DNA from: an uncultured Desulfospira sp.
GTDB lineage: Bacteria; Desulfobacterota; Desulfobacteria; Desulfobacterales; Desulfobacteraceae
Direction: 5' to 3'
Length of the DNA stretch: 64,000 nt
Assembly: GCA_963663165.1 (NCBI GenBank)
Contig: OY760175.1
Coordinates: 352,001 to 416,000 of the forward strand
Shown here one piece after another: positions 40,837 through 49,889 of this stretch. Position numbers and translations under genes: made by a program. The notes below the pieces were generated by a model. That model did no database searches and was not told where the DNA came from. It was given only the letters and a program-made list of their open reading frames with translations. How positions within the stretch are numbered: position 1 is the stretch's first letter; the number at the start of each line of letters is the position of its first letter.

Positions 40837-41439
40837 TTATCTTTCGCAAATATTTTTATAGCAACAATCAATACATCTTGTTTTATATGCAGTCCCTTTT
40901 GGGTATCGACAATTGGTAATTGTTTGATGCATATTAAAAATTATCTGGTCAAATTGTTTGAAATCTTTAATTGACAGGTTGACTTCGATTAATTTGTTTT
41001 TGCTTCTTGTGAATACCAAAAATCCTTGATTAACATTAGTGTCATAATTTTCGATAATTAACTTTGCGTAGAATACAAGTTGAAATCGGTGGGTCATGAA
41101 TAATCGGTTTTTGAATTTCGCGTATTTGAAATCTAATGGGGCCGCTGTGTGGTCTGAAAAAAATAATATTTCATCAACAACTCCACGAAGGCCCGATTTT
41201 GTAGACAGATAAACATTATTGCGTTTTTCAACCACATTAAGCTTTTTTCTTAGATATTGCCGGTTTGTTTTAATCGCAGATTCATGTATAGATCTTCCTT
41301 TCATTACTTTGAATCTTTTTTCCTGTCGTTCTGGTATATCGAGAACATACTCAAAATATGTAAATCGGGGACAATACAAGTATTCTAAGAGGTGGGTTGC
41401 GGTAAAATTGCAAGTGGCATTCATGTCTTTAACTTTCAA
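40837..41439 (-). CDS. cas4: CRISPR-associated exonuclease Cas4
   Basis: YLYCPR, GVVDE..PLDFK, QLVFY, C-terminal CIDCCYKNIC Fe-S cysteines. Confidence 0.93.
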   Translation of the reverse strand: MKVKDMNATCNFTATHLLEYLYCPRFTYFEYVLDIPERQEKRFKVMKGRSIHESAIKTNRQYLRKKLNVVEKRNNVYLSTKSGLRGVVDEILFFSDHTAAPLDFKYAKFKNRLFMTHRFQLVFYAKLIIENYDTNVNQGFLVFTRSKNKLIEVNLSIKDFKQFDQIIFNMHQTITNCRYPKGTAYKTRCIDCCYKNICER

Positions 41440-41447
41440 GATGTTCT

Positions 41448-43754
41448 TTAGAAAAATATGTCGCTGTCAAAATTATCTATGTCTTTGATCTCAAATCCTC
41501 TGCCTGGAGTGTAATATTTATCATTTAAAAAATTATAACATCCGATCTGATCAGAAATAACAGATGGATCGATTTTTTTTGAGGTCCAAATAGAAACCGT
41601 AACTTGGGCGATTCTTGATTTTAATTTTCTTAACTGCCGTTCTCGACTCCATCTGTCATCTATTTCAATGGCGAGCCTCAATTCTTCATGAAGCAGACCA
41701 GAACCGGCTGGTGGTTCATCTTGAGATGCGACAATAAAATCTATTTTTTCATGATCTCCGCGAAGCAGTTTTTTTACATTGAGATCTTCTCGCCAAAAAG
41801 CCCAGTCATCAGCAAATCGTTTTCCAACATTCATGCCTTCTTTAATAAGACGAAAATACTCAGTAATTAATTGAAACACATTCTCTTCCGGTATTGTCTC
41901 TGAAGCTTGGTTTAATATAACGCCTGTATATTCTAAAAGAGTTTTATCGTAAACAAGCCTGGAATATTTTGTATTGTTTTGGCCACATAAATTTACGATT
42001 TCAACATCAGCTCTTTTTTTTGTTCCATTACGATTGCACCGGCCAGCACATTGAACCAGGGAATCGATAGGGGCAAAATCTCTTATGACCAAGTCCATAT
42101 CGATATCTACTCCAGCTTCAATGCATTGGGTAGCAATAACGAGGCATGGCCCCTCATTTTTAATCTTATCAATATTTTCCAGTCTTTCCTTGGGTGTTAC
42201 GTCTGCGCTAAGAAAATAGGCTGCGCTTTGAATGTGGCTTCCCAGGGAATCCATTACAAATCTGGCGGATTTTCTTGTATTTAAGACAATCAGAATTTTT
42301 TTTTGATGCCAGTTTTCATCGTTTATTCGATGAATGCAGTTCTCAATGAAGGATTCAATTGATATCTTCTCAAGCCTTAAGATCATTTGATATCTGGTTT
42401 GCTGTTCAAATATCTCATCGGGGTTGTTAACCAGTTCCTTGGTTTTTATAAAATTAGGTTGAGTTGCCGACATTATCAAGAACTTAGAATTGAAATTCGT
42501 GGTAAGTGTGGAGACTGCAAGATTCAATGGTTCCCACAATTGAGGTGGTAAAGCCTGAATTTCATCCATGATAATCAAAGCATCAGTTAAATTGTGGAAA
42601 CGCAGCAGATGTTTTTTTTCGGAAGAAAGAAGTGCATACAAAAATTGATCAAAAGTCGTGATGATGAAATCATAATTCCAGGTTTCTGAAAAAAAATCTA
42701 CCGCCTTATTATAATCGTTGTCGATGTCCTGGTCCTCTCCTTCCTTGTACTGACGTCCGGCGATGGAGTGGGCCTCCAGAATTATGTTTTCGGCATTGCA
42801 GCCTGAGAATAACTGTCTGTACTCTTTTACGGTCTGGTCAATGATTGATAAAAACGGCAGCACGATAATTACTTTTCTGGACACAGGTGAACCCATTCTG
42901 TGTGTCAATGCCCATTGAGCTGCGACCAGGGTTTTTCCAAGTCCTGTGGGCAGTGTTACGCTTTCAATATTGGGATCAATGGAACTGTTCTGGATAATCT
43001 GCTGCCTGACAATGGTTCTTTTTTGATTCAGCGGCTCCTTTCTCTGCTTTTCTGTTGTTTTACTGATAATGTAGTTATCTATTAAACACGGGGGTAATTC
43101 AGTTTCTTTAGATCGGTCTGTATTTGAATCTCTGAATTCAGGGCTTAAAGCCAGAAAAGTCCGGTCCGATTCCAAAAGAACGGAAAATAGCAATTGGGCT
43201 TTAAGCCTTGTTAGCGAAGCAATTTCCAGTGAAAGGGTTTCAATATAATTCTCCGGTAAAATATCTTCCAACTGGAGATCGGAATCTTTTTGTTTAAAAT
43301 CAAGCTGTAAATCTAATTCTCGATTCACCTGATCAACGGGATAGAGTCCTATCTTATAGTCGTCTTCGTAAAAGTACAGTGTATTGTAAAATAATTCCTT
43401 GATGGTTGGAAATCTGCCATGATGACGCCATATGGCAGCAGTGACAATCAATGCAAACTCATTTGGGATTTCACTTTTCAACGCATAGGCAAGCCACAGC
43501 AAGAGCGAAACCGGGGTATGGGCCTTTAGAATTGGATCCCCCCTATATTTCTCAGGCGCTTCGATATAGGCTTGGAAGGCCGGGGTGGCTTTCCCAAGAT
43601 CATGGAAGTCAATTGCAAGATTTAGCGGGTAATGAAGCACTTCACAAACTTGATCAGAGTGCTTTTTTTCAATCAGTCTGCCTGCCTGGTGTACTTCATA
43701 AACGTGATCTTTCAACGATTTATACGGCTTGCAATGGGACTGAATCATAGCCAT
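41448..43754 (-). CDS. cas3: CRISPR-associated helicase/nuclease Cas3
   Basis: HD domain (HDLGK, HHG), PTGLGKT, DEIQ, SAT, QCAGRCNR. Confidence 0.95.
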   Translation of the reverse strand: MAMIQSHCKPYKSLKDHVYEVHQAGRLIEKKHSDQVCEVLHYPLNLAIDFHDLGKATPAFQAYIEAPEKYRGDPILKAHTPVSLLLWLAYALKSEIPNEFALIVTAAIWRHHGRFPTIKELFYNTLYFYEDDYKIGLYPVDQVNRELDLQLDFKQKDSDLQLEDILPENYIETLSLEIASLTRLKAQLLFSVLLESDRTFLALSPEFRDSNTDRSKETELPPCLIDNYIISKTTEKQRKEPLNQKRTIVRQQIIQNSSIDPNIESVTLPTGLGKTLVAAQWALTHRMGSPVSRKVIIVLPFLSIIDQTVKEYRQLFSGCNAENIILEAHSIAGRQYKEGEDQDIDNDYNKAVDFFSETWNYDFIITTFDQFLYALLSSEKKHLLRFHNLTDALIIMDEIQALPPQLWEPLNLAVSTLTTNFNSKFLIMSATQPNFIKTKELVNNPDEIFEQQTRYQMILRLEKISIESFIENCIHRINDENWHQKKILIVLNTRKSARFVMDSLGSHIQSAAYFLSADVTPKERLENIDKIKNEGPCLVIATQCIEAGVDIDMDLVIRDFAPIDSLVQCAGRCNRNGTKKRADVEIVNLCGQNNTKYSRLVYDKTLLEYTGVILNQASETIPEENVFQLITEYFRLIKEGMNVGKRFADDWAFWREDLNVKKLLRGDHEKIDFIVASQDEPPAGSGLLHEELRLAIEIDDRWSRERQLRKLKSRIAQVTVSIWTSKKIDPSVISDQIGCYNFLNDKYYTPGRGFEIKDIDNFDSDIFF

Positions 43755-44473
43755 TGGAGTATATGCTCCCCTGCTTTTACGGCATGTTCCGTTTCGATTG
43801 AAAGTGTATTGCCACCAACCGGGTATAGATATGTTGCATGGGAAAACTGCCTGTCGCTTGTCAGAGCGCGGGGCATACGAATGGATTTTGCCGCCATGTT
43901 CTTTTCAAGAAGATCCTCTATATTCAAAGATACCTGATCCCGACGGATCAATGTTTTTACGTGGTATTTTCCCATGGGTAATGGTTCTACTGCCGAAGTA
44001 TTCACAAAGGTCAGGTCTGCCGCCATTTCAGACAGCCCAAGGCAGGGTGAAAAATGCCACTGTCTGGTTTTAATTCGGCGACATAAATCAGAATAAAAGG
44101 GCTCGGGGATTTGAGCGAAAACGGTATAGTCAGGGCGGATGAGCCATTCCTGAATGATCTGGGTATTTCTTTGGTGTTTTGAAGATCCCAGCGCATTTTT
44201 TGTTACCTGAAACGGTAGCATGCCCGGCGGATCTTTCCTCAAGTTGGCAGTATGCCAATGGGTCAGGGCAGAACCTCCTGAAACGGCAATGTTTGCGTCT
44301 TCAAGCTTTACCTGGCAAGTGTCTTTTTCAAAGCCCATCACGGCACCGAGCAGGCCGAGCAATGCTGTTCGCGGTGGAAATGGGTAGCTTGGGGCCGACG
44401 CATTCGCTTCGGCCCTTAAAAAATGTCCGTATTTCCCCGTGTATTTAAAAATGACACATTGATTGTTTGTCAT
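43745..44473 (-). CDS. cas5: Cas5 (type I-B)
   Basis: GKYGHF...SYPFPPRTALLGLLGAVMG, PCLG; position in the operon. Confidence 0.9.
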   Translation of the reverse strand: MTNNQCVIFKYTGKYGHFLRAEANASAPSYPFPPRTALLGLLGAVMGFEKDTCQVKLEDANIAVSGGSALTHWHTANLRKDPPGMLPFQVTKNALGSSKHQRNTQIIQEWLIRPDYTVFAQIPEPFYSDLCRRIKTRQWHFSPCLGLSEMAADLTFVNTSAVEPLPMGKYHVKTLIRRDQVSLNIEDLLEKNMAAKSIRMPRALTSDRQFSHATYLYPVGGNTLSIETEHAVKAGEHILQWL

Positions 44474-44489
44474 TGTTTGTCCTCAAAAA

Positions 44490-45425
44490 TTAATCAATTT
44501 TAAGAGCAGTCCAGTCTGCAGGAAGCGCAGATGAAAATTCGATATCCGGTGATGCTTCATATGATATTGCCTCAATTTTTTCAGAAAATTGATTAAGTCT
44601 TTCCAAAAGCTGGTTTAAATCCACCTGATAATCCTTTGGAGAGCTCCATGCCTTTTCTTCTTTCCCATTTTTAGGAACTAAAGCAATATAATCTGACAGG
44701 TTCCCGAATTGAAATTCTGTGTCCTTTTTGTAAGTCAAGGATATCAAAAGCCTCGGGACCTGACCGAATTTGGATCGCGTATTACCGGCACCCCTTACTC
44801 CCTTCCACATGGTTTCAAGCACCGTATTGTAGTCAGTTTCGGTCATCCTGGACAACCGGGCTGAATGCTCGTTTGCAACACCATTAAATCCGATAAGCGC
44901 ATACCTCAACGCATAATAGGCGGTAAAGGTGCCCTGGGTTTTGCTTTCGCTGGAACCAAAGGTCGTTGTGCCATGGATATCTACAGGCTCCGCATCATGC
45001 ATCACCTCTCCATGATTAAACTGCAATGCCCCGGTTAAGGTTTTGGGTACCGGCTTGGCCTCCCAGGTCCCCTCCTGCTTAAAAGCTAATGAGCTGCCAA
45101 ACAATCTGGCATCAATAAAGGAATCCAGAAGGATCGTTACAAGTTCCTCACCGGTGGCTTCTGGTTTCCCTATCTTCTGAAGATGATGGGCTACTCGTCC
45201 GGTCAAGTTGGTGGTCTTGTCTTCAATGGTATCAACAAGGATGGCATGTCCCTGGGTTTTGAACTGATCTCTGATAAACCGTTTCAATCTGACATCCGTG
45301 ACATAGTAGGTGCCGTCCGGCAATACCCTGGGTCGATTTTCATCGGGATCGCCATTTGGGTTCCCCATTTTAATATCATATGCAAAAAACAGTTCCCGCC
45401 TTGAGGTCAATAATTCATTTGTCAT
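44490..45425 (-). CDS. cas7: Cas7 (Csh2-like, type I-B)
   Basis: NPNGDPDENRPR, VTDVRLKRFIRD, IDARLFG, TRSKFGQVPR. Confidence 0.93.
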   Translation of the reverse strand: MTNELLTSRRELFFAYDIKMGNPNGDPDENRPRVLPDGTYYVTDVRLKRFIRDQFKTQGHAILVDTIEDKTTNLTGRVAHHLQKIGKPEATGEELVTILLDSFIDARLFGSSLAFKQEGTWEAKPVPKTLTGALQFNHGEVMHDAEPVDIHGTTTFGSSESKTQGTFTAYYALRYALIGFNGVANEHSARLSRMTETDYNTVLETMWKGVRGAGNTRSKFGQVPRLLISLTYKKDTEFQFGNLSDYIALVPKNGKEEKAWSSPKDYQVDLNQLLERLNQFSEKIEAISYEASPDIEFSSALPADWTALKID

Positions 45426-45442
45426 CGGTATATCTCCTTAAG

Positions 45443-47440
45443 TTATTTTTTTGTTTCTTTTTTAGTTGAAAACAAATCTGAGGCGATTGATTGGCCTAAA
45501 AGAATAAAGTAGCAGCATGGGGTTTGATCTAACGAAATGGTGTCGCCCAAAAGGGTTCCAAGAGCACCGGCTTCCCTGATGACCTCCCTGAGTTGAGAAC
45601 TGCCTTCAGCATCATATGCCAATAGCTTCTCGCGAATTTTAACGTAAAAGCCCGGCAAATCCTTACCCGTTAGAGTGAGTCTTTTCAGCCATGTCAGGGC
45701 ATTGGCATTGACATTGACCCCTTTGCCCCCCTGAAGGGCAAGCACACGTCCGAATAAGATTCCAAGAATAAAAGCAAACGCTTTTTCGTTACTTGTGATA
45801 CCGGATTCTTCAGAAAAGTACGGTTCAAGATCTTTCATTTTCGGGACGTAGGTTCTTAGGTTTTCCATTTTAATCATTACCTCCATGTGGTGTAAATAAC
45901 TAAGGGCCCAGGCCAGATGTCTGATCCATCCGGCAAAGGTCCACCAGTATGTATCATTTTTTTGTGAAAACCCTTCCTGCAGACAATCGAATTCCGGTTT
46001 TTCTTTTTCAAGGATGGATAGCAGGTACCACCGGGCAGTGGTCAGTATTTCTTCTTCAAACCGCTGTTTAGGAATGGGCTTATTTTTGTATATGGCCTCA
46101 ACCATCAAGCGTTTAAGCTCCGTGAGCTTTCTGCTGGCGTTTACGCTGCCCGCTTTTTTGCCACCCGGTCTTCGCAGCAAGGGGAAAATAAATGAACAAT
46201 TTAGGTCGAACTTAAATTCTTCTATAACGGCGTGAATTGGGAAAAGCGGAGAACTTTTTTCATTAAACTCCCTGTTCAGCTTGTCAATCTGCTTTAGCCT
46301 TGAGGGAAGAATATCGGTAATTTTTCCCGATAGATTTCCCATACTTTGGCCTTTTAGGCTGTCGTTGGACCAAATCACATCAACCGAGCATACAGCCGTA
46401 TGCCTTTTAAAAAGTCTTATCAGTTTTAATTGTTCAATTTTCAGCGCCTCTTGGGGGGCACTGGCAATTTCTTTGATATAGACCTGGTAATCTGCTATGA
46501 ACTTCGAAATTAGATCTGAATCACTGTACAACTCTGGAATCATAAGTGATTCCTGACCGGCAAGGTAGGTGATGAAATTATGATTGACATGAAATTTATA
46601 AACATAAAGCAAATCTGCGCAATGTTCACACAGGGCATATGAGAGATGGGCATTCTGGTTGGTTATCCCCGGAAATGCACCCTCACGGTCAATATTAAAA
46701 ATATTCATCCCGGCTTTGGACAGACCCGCAGCAAACCCTTTGACATTTTTCGACCCGCAGCAGGGGCATTGGTCCAGGTCAACAGGTTTTGCTTTGGCCA
46801 AGGAATATTTTTTTTCACCGTCCAGCATGGTGGCCAGATAATTCCTATATCCTGAAACCTGTCCAGGGAGACAGCCTTGTGTTTTAAACGCTAAAAAGAC
46901 TGGCTTTGATTCGGGAATAATCTCAACTGCGGTATGAAAAGCATTATGCTTGCACTCGTGAAGTTCTCCAGCATAATAAAGCCTTGCGTGGCTGAAGACC
47001 CGGTGACATTCTTTAAAAAAACCTGCCCACTCCTTTTCTGATGTTGAAAATTTTTCAAAATTTTTAAGGGTGGAGGTGATGATCTGCAGGGTGGGGCCCG
47101 GACCTTTCTGCTTGGAATAGGAGCGCTTGATGACAGGGCCGATTTGCGGAGACCGAGGACCGCTTGGTTTGTTAAAAGGCAGAAAAGAGGCTACATTTTC
47201 ACCTAATGATTCAATGGAAGCACTCTCAAGAATTGTACCGTTTTCATCTTCCGGAGATTGACTCAGGGTATAATATTTTTCTATCTTTCCGGATGGTTCA
47301 ACCAGAAAGGGGAAAAATCGCCCCGGATCTCTATTCTTTTCTTGGACAAACCATTGTCTCAGATCCTCCGGAAGGGGATTGATACCCTCAAGGTTTTTCC
47401 AAAGATGACAGAGTGCCAGGTTTTGCATTATATCAAGCAT
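45443..47440 (-). CDS. cas8b: Cas8b large subunit (Csh1/TM1802-like)
   Basis: 665 aa between cas6 and cas7; CPCC and CEHC zinc motifs; C-terminal AFILGILFGRV small-subunit-like region. Confidence 0.82.
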   Translation of the reverse strand: MLDIMQNLALCHLWKNLEGINPLPEDLRQWFVQEKNRDPGRFFPFLVEPSGKIEKYYTLSQSPEDENGTILESASIESLGENVASFLPFNKPSGPRSPQIGPVIKRSYSKQKGPGPTLQIITSTLKNFEKFSTSEKEWAGFFKECHRVFSHARLYYAGELHECKHNAFHTAVEIIPESKPVFLAFKTQGCLPGQVSGYRNYLATMLDGEKKYSLAKAKPVDLDQCPCCGSKNVKGFAAGLSKAGMNIFNIDREGAFPGITNQNAHLSYALCEHCADLLYVYKFHVNHNFITYLAGQESLMIPELYSDSDLISKFIADYQVYIKEIASAPQEALKIEQLKLIRLFKRHTAVCSVDVIWSNDSLKGQSMGNLSGKITDILPSRLKQIDKLNREFNEKSSPLFPIHAVIEEFKFDLNCSFIFPLLRRPGGKKAGSVNASRKLTELKRLMVEAIYKNKPIPKQRFEEEILTTARWYLLSILEKEKPEFDCLQEGFSQKNDTYWWTFAGWIRHLAWALSYLHHMEVMIKMENLRTYVPKMKDLEPYFSEESGITSNEKAFAFILGILFGRVLALQGGKGVNVNANALTWLKRLTLTGKDLPGFYVKIREKLLAYDAEGSSQLREVIREAGALGTLLGDTISLDQTPCCYFILLGQSIASDLFSTKKETKK

Positions 47441-47454
47441 GGACCCACTCCTTT

Positions 47455-48126
47455 TTATAGTATTTTCTGGATGGTGCCGAATCCCCGTGATACTGATTTC
47501 CCAAGTCCTATATAGTCCGGCAATAGAAAATTTGTTTTAAAAATGCCTTTAAACCCGATCATCGATTTACCCTTTAAAGTAGTTTTCGATGGCTTAATGC
47601 TAAGGTCTGTTTCAATTCTCTGGTCTCGTTCTAAATGGCAGCCAAGATATTTGGCACAGGACAGGATATTTCCGGTAAGAATTTTTTTAAGAAGTGATTT
47701 TTTGTCCCTGCTGTCAGCCATTTCGGTAAACAGGTTATAATTGTGCTGATTTAATGCCAGCCATAACGATTTAAATTCATACATAAATGTTTCTGGCGAG
47801 AATCCGAAATCCGTATTTTCGATTTTCAGATTTTTTTCATTAATTGGAATAACCTTGCCTTCAATGTCGACTTTGTCCAGTGTCATGAAAATTTGCATGA
47901 ATATCTGAATCGCTTTTTCTGTCAAGGCGATTATACAGGGCGTCTGATCAACAAGTTTAAACTGGATCAAAGGATATCGATAAATGTGTTGGCCGGTTTT
48001 TGTATTATGGTTGTGAACCAGATCATACTCGGAAAATACGTTGCCGACATAACCCCTGAATTTATGGATCTGGGAGGGGGTTAGGCGGATGTCATTAAAA
48101 TAAAGAGATGCTTTTTTCACAATCAT
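47455..48126 (-). CDS. cas6: CRISPR RNA endonuclease Cas6
   Basis: LVHNH, YRYPLIQFK, C-terminal glycine loop GLGKSVSRGFG. Confidence 0.92.
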   Translation of the reverse strand: MIVKKASLYFNDIRLTPSQIHKFRGYVGNVFSEYDLVHNHNTKTGQHIYRYPLIQFKLVDQTPCIIALTEKAIQIFMQIFMTLDKVDIEGKVIPINEKNLKIENTDFGFSPETFMYEFKSLWLALNQHNYNLFTEMADSRDKKSLLKKILTGNILSCAKYLGCHLERDQRIETDLSIKPSKTTLKGKSMIGFKGIFKTNFLLPDYIGLGKSVSRGFGTIQKIL

Positions 48127-48141
48127 TATTCCAGTATTAGC

Positions 48142-48342
48142 TTAAAATTTGTGATGATTGTTTTTGCTACAGCCAATCTGTAATCCAAATGAAAAATTTA
48201 AAGAAAACAAATAAGTCTTTCGTGACGGAATTGTACCCATCGTCGGTTTGGCAAGTTTGATTTTTGTGAAAACTGAATCCGAATAGTTGCTGACATTTTT
48301 TTTAAGGGTCATGAAATGGTTTGGGATCAAATTTTTGTTCAT
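48142..48342 (-). CDS. 66-aa basic hypothetical ORF leading the cas6 operon (candidate CRISPR-regulated toxin or leader)
   Basis: SD GGAGGT 4 nt before ATG 48342; stop 15 nt before cas6; no recognisable family. Confidence 0.45.
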   Translation of the reverse strand: MNKNLIPNHFMTLKKNVSNYSDSVFTKIKLAKPTMGTIPSRKTYLFSLNFSFGLQIGCSKNNHHKF

Positions 48343-48369
48343 TCTTACCTCCAAATTTGGCCTACATAG

Positions 48370-48389
48370 TTAATCCTATATCACATTAA
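48370..48389 (-). promoter_or_regulatory. Protospacer-like target of the mini-array spacer with putative TTA PAM
   Basis: - strand TTA|ATGTGATATAGGATTAA versus spacer ATGTGCTATAGAATTTA (14/17); downstream of TTGACA at 48435-48430. Confidence 0.7.
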
Positions 48390-48443
48390 AAATTTTGTGT
48401 GGCTTTAATCTTTTCATCTTCTGTCATTTTGTCAAGAAAAAAC

Positions 48444-48472
48444 TTGAAAATAAAAATACCAATACCCATAAT
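48444..48472 (+). promoter_or_regulatory. Sigma70 promoter of the CRISPR-like RNA
   Basis: TTGAAA-17 nt-CATAAT; predicted start at about 48478-48479, where the first degenerate repeat begins. Confidence 0.65.
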
Positions 48473-48477
48473 TAGCT

Positions 48478-48558
48478 ATCCATGTCAGAAAAAAGGATTG
48501 AAAAATGTGCTATAGAATTTAGCTATGACTGCTAATCCATTATAATAAGGATCGAATT
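48478..48558 (+). ncRNA. CRISPR-resembling regulatory RNA (CreR/CreA-like mini-array: pseudo-repeat, 17-nt spacer, pseudo-repeat)
   Basis: ATCCATgtcagaaaaAAGGATTGAAAA + ATGTGCTATAGAATTTA + gctatgactgctaATCCATtAtAAtAAGGATcGAAtt (18/24 to the 3' part of the array repeat). Confidence 0.75.
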
Positions 48559-48563
48559 TGCAG

Positions 48564-48863
48564 TTAAAAAAACTTGGATAAAATTTCATCATTCACCAAT
48601 TTCCTGTCAAAGCCTTGGCCCAACACCTGGATGCGTCTAAAGTCCTCCTGGCAGAATGGGAAGAGATAAACACTGTCCGTGTCTTCGTCCATGAGATCCA
48701 GACAGTATTCGGCCAGCTCGTCGAAACGGCTGGTGTCCAGGTGGCCCAAAAAGATGCTTTTCTGGACGCGGGTCAAGCCGTATTTTTTGCAGACCTTTGC
48801 AATTTTACTCCGGACCTTATTCTCGGCAATGTCATACATGATCCAGGCGAGGATGGAACTCAT
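48564..48863 (-). CDS. cas2: CRISPR-associated endonuclease Cas2
   Basis: IMYDI, RVQKSIF, DSVYLFP; start overlaps the cas1 stop. Confidence 0.95.
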   Translation of the reverse strand: MSSILAWIMYDIAENKVRSKIAKVCKKYGLTRVQKSIFLGHLDTSRFDELAEYCLDLMDEDTDSVYLFPFCQEDFRRIQVLGQGFDRKLVNDEILSKFF

Positions 48864-49876
48864 TAAAACTCCTTTATTGTAAGCCAGTCAGGGCGGACCA
48901 TATCGGAATCTTCTAAAAGGATATTGGCCAGGCGGTGTGCCTCGTGACTGATTATATGTTTTCGTTTGACGTTTTTCCTGCGATAGCGAACTTTTTCCTC
49001 CAAATGTTTGTTCAATGCATCTATGACCTGTGGTTTGCCTTTTGTATTCAGTGTGCAGGAATGTTCCTGGACATCGAAGTATTCACCTTTTGCCTTTTTG
49101 CCGGTGAAAAAATACACCGCCACCTGATCAGCAAAGATTCGGAAGGGTTCAATAAGGTCAAAGACCAGGGACTTTTTATTGTAGTTATCGGAATGCATAA
49201 AGCCCACAAAGGGATCAAGTCCGGCAATGATGCAGGCTTTCTCAACCCGCGAATAAAGGACCCCATAACAATAGTTCAGGGCAGCGTTAAAGGGATTCAG
49301 TGCCGGATGCCTTGACCGGCCTTTGAACCGGTATTTTTCCGGCATGACTTTAGAAATGCAGGAAAAATATGCCCGGCCGGCTGCTCCTTCAAGGCCCATG
49401 ATAAGAGATCGGGATTTATCAAGATCGCTAAGATCACAATTCAATGCTTCAAGGGAACCCTCAATGGTATGAATGGGGGCGTCAAACATATCCTTTTTAT
49501 CCCGTCGGGCATATTTGAGTTTTTTCAGAAAGGCAATCTGGTTTTCCAGTTTGTTTTGTATCATACCAATGACCAGCCTTACCCCGGTCTCGTCTTCAGC
49601 TGCTTGAAGCTGCTTTCTTCGGATCAGTGCGGTAGAACCCATTTTTGAAAACCATACCCTGCCCAAAGGGAAACCATATTTGTCCAGAAATACCAGGTCA
49701 ATATTGTGCTCCAGGGCCAGGGAGATAGCAGCGGTAGAAACCATTGCCTGGTTGGAAACAATAATTGATTCCAGCTTCAATGGTGATAATTCCAGTTTGT
49801 TTTCCCTGTTCTGAAACAAAAAAATTTCATTTTTCTGTTTAACCAGGGTGCCGGGAGAGTTAACTATTAATTGGAT
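48863..49876 (-). CDS. cas1: CRISPR-associated endonuclease Cas1 (apparent ATC start)
   Basis: GLEGAAGRAYF, NAALNYCYG, GFMH, FDLIEPFR; frame extends to ATC-CAA-TTA-ATA-GTT 7 nt after AAGGAG. Confidence 0.93.
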   Translation of the reverse strand: MQLIVNSPGTLVKQKNEIFLFQNRENKLELSPLKLESIIVSNQAMVSTAAISLALEHNIDLVFLDKYGFPLGRVWFSKMGSTALIRRKQLQAAEDETGVRLVIGMIQNKLENQIAFLKKLKYARRDKKDMFDAPIHTIEGSLEALNCDLSDLDKSRSLIMGLEGAAGRAYFSCISKVMPEKYRFKGRSRHPALNPFNAALNYCYGVLYSRVEKACIIAGLDPFVGFMHSDNYNKKSLVFDLIEPFRIFADQVAVYFFTGKKAKGEYFDVQEHSCTLNTKGKPQVIDALNKHLEEKVRYRRKNVKRKHIISHEAHRLANILLEDSDMVRPDWLTIKEF

Positions 49877-49889
49877 ATCAAATCTCCTT

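Noticed and set aside
48320..48352. Classical CreT RNA toxin (SD, start, two rare codons, stop)
   Set aside because: The ATG is followed by AAC AAA AAT and a 66-codon frame, not a rare-codon minigene
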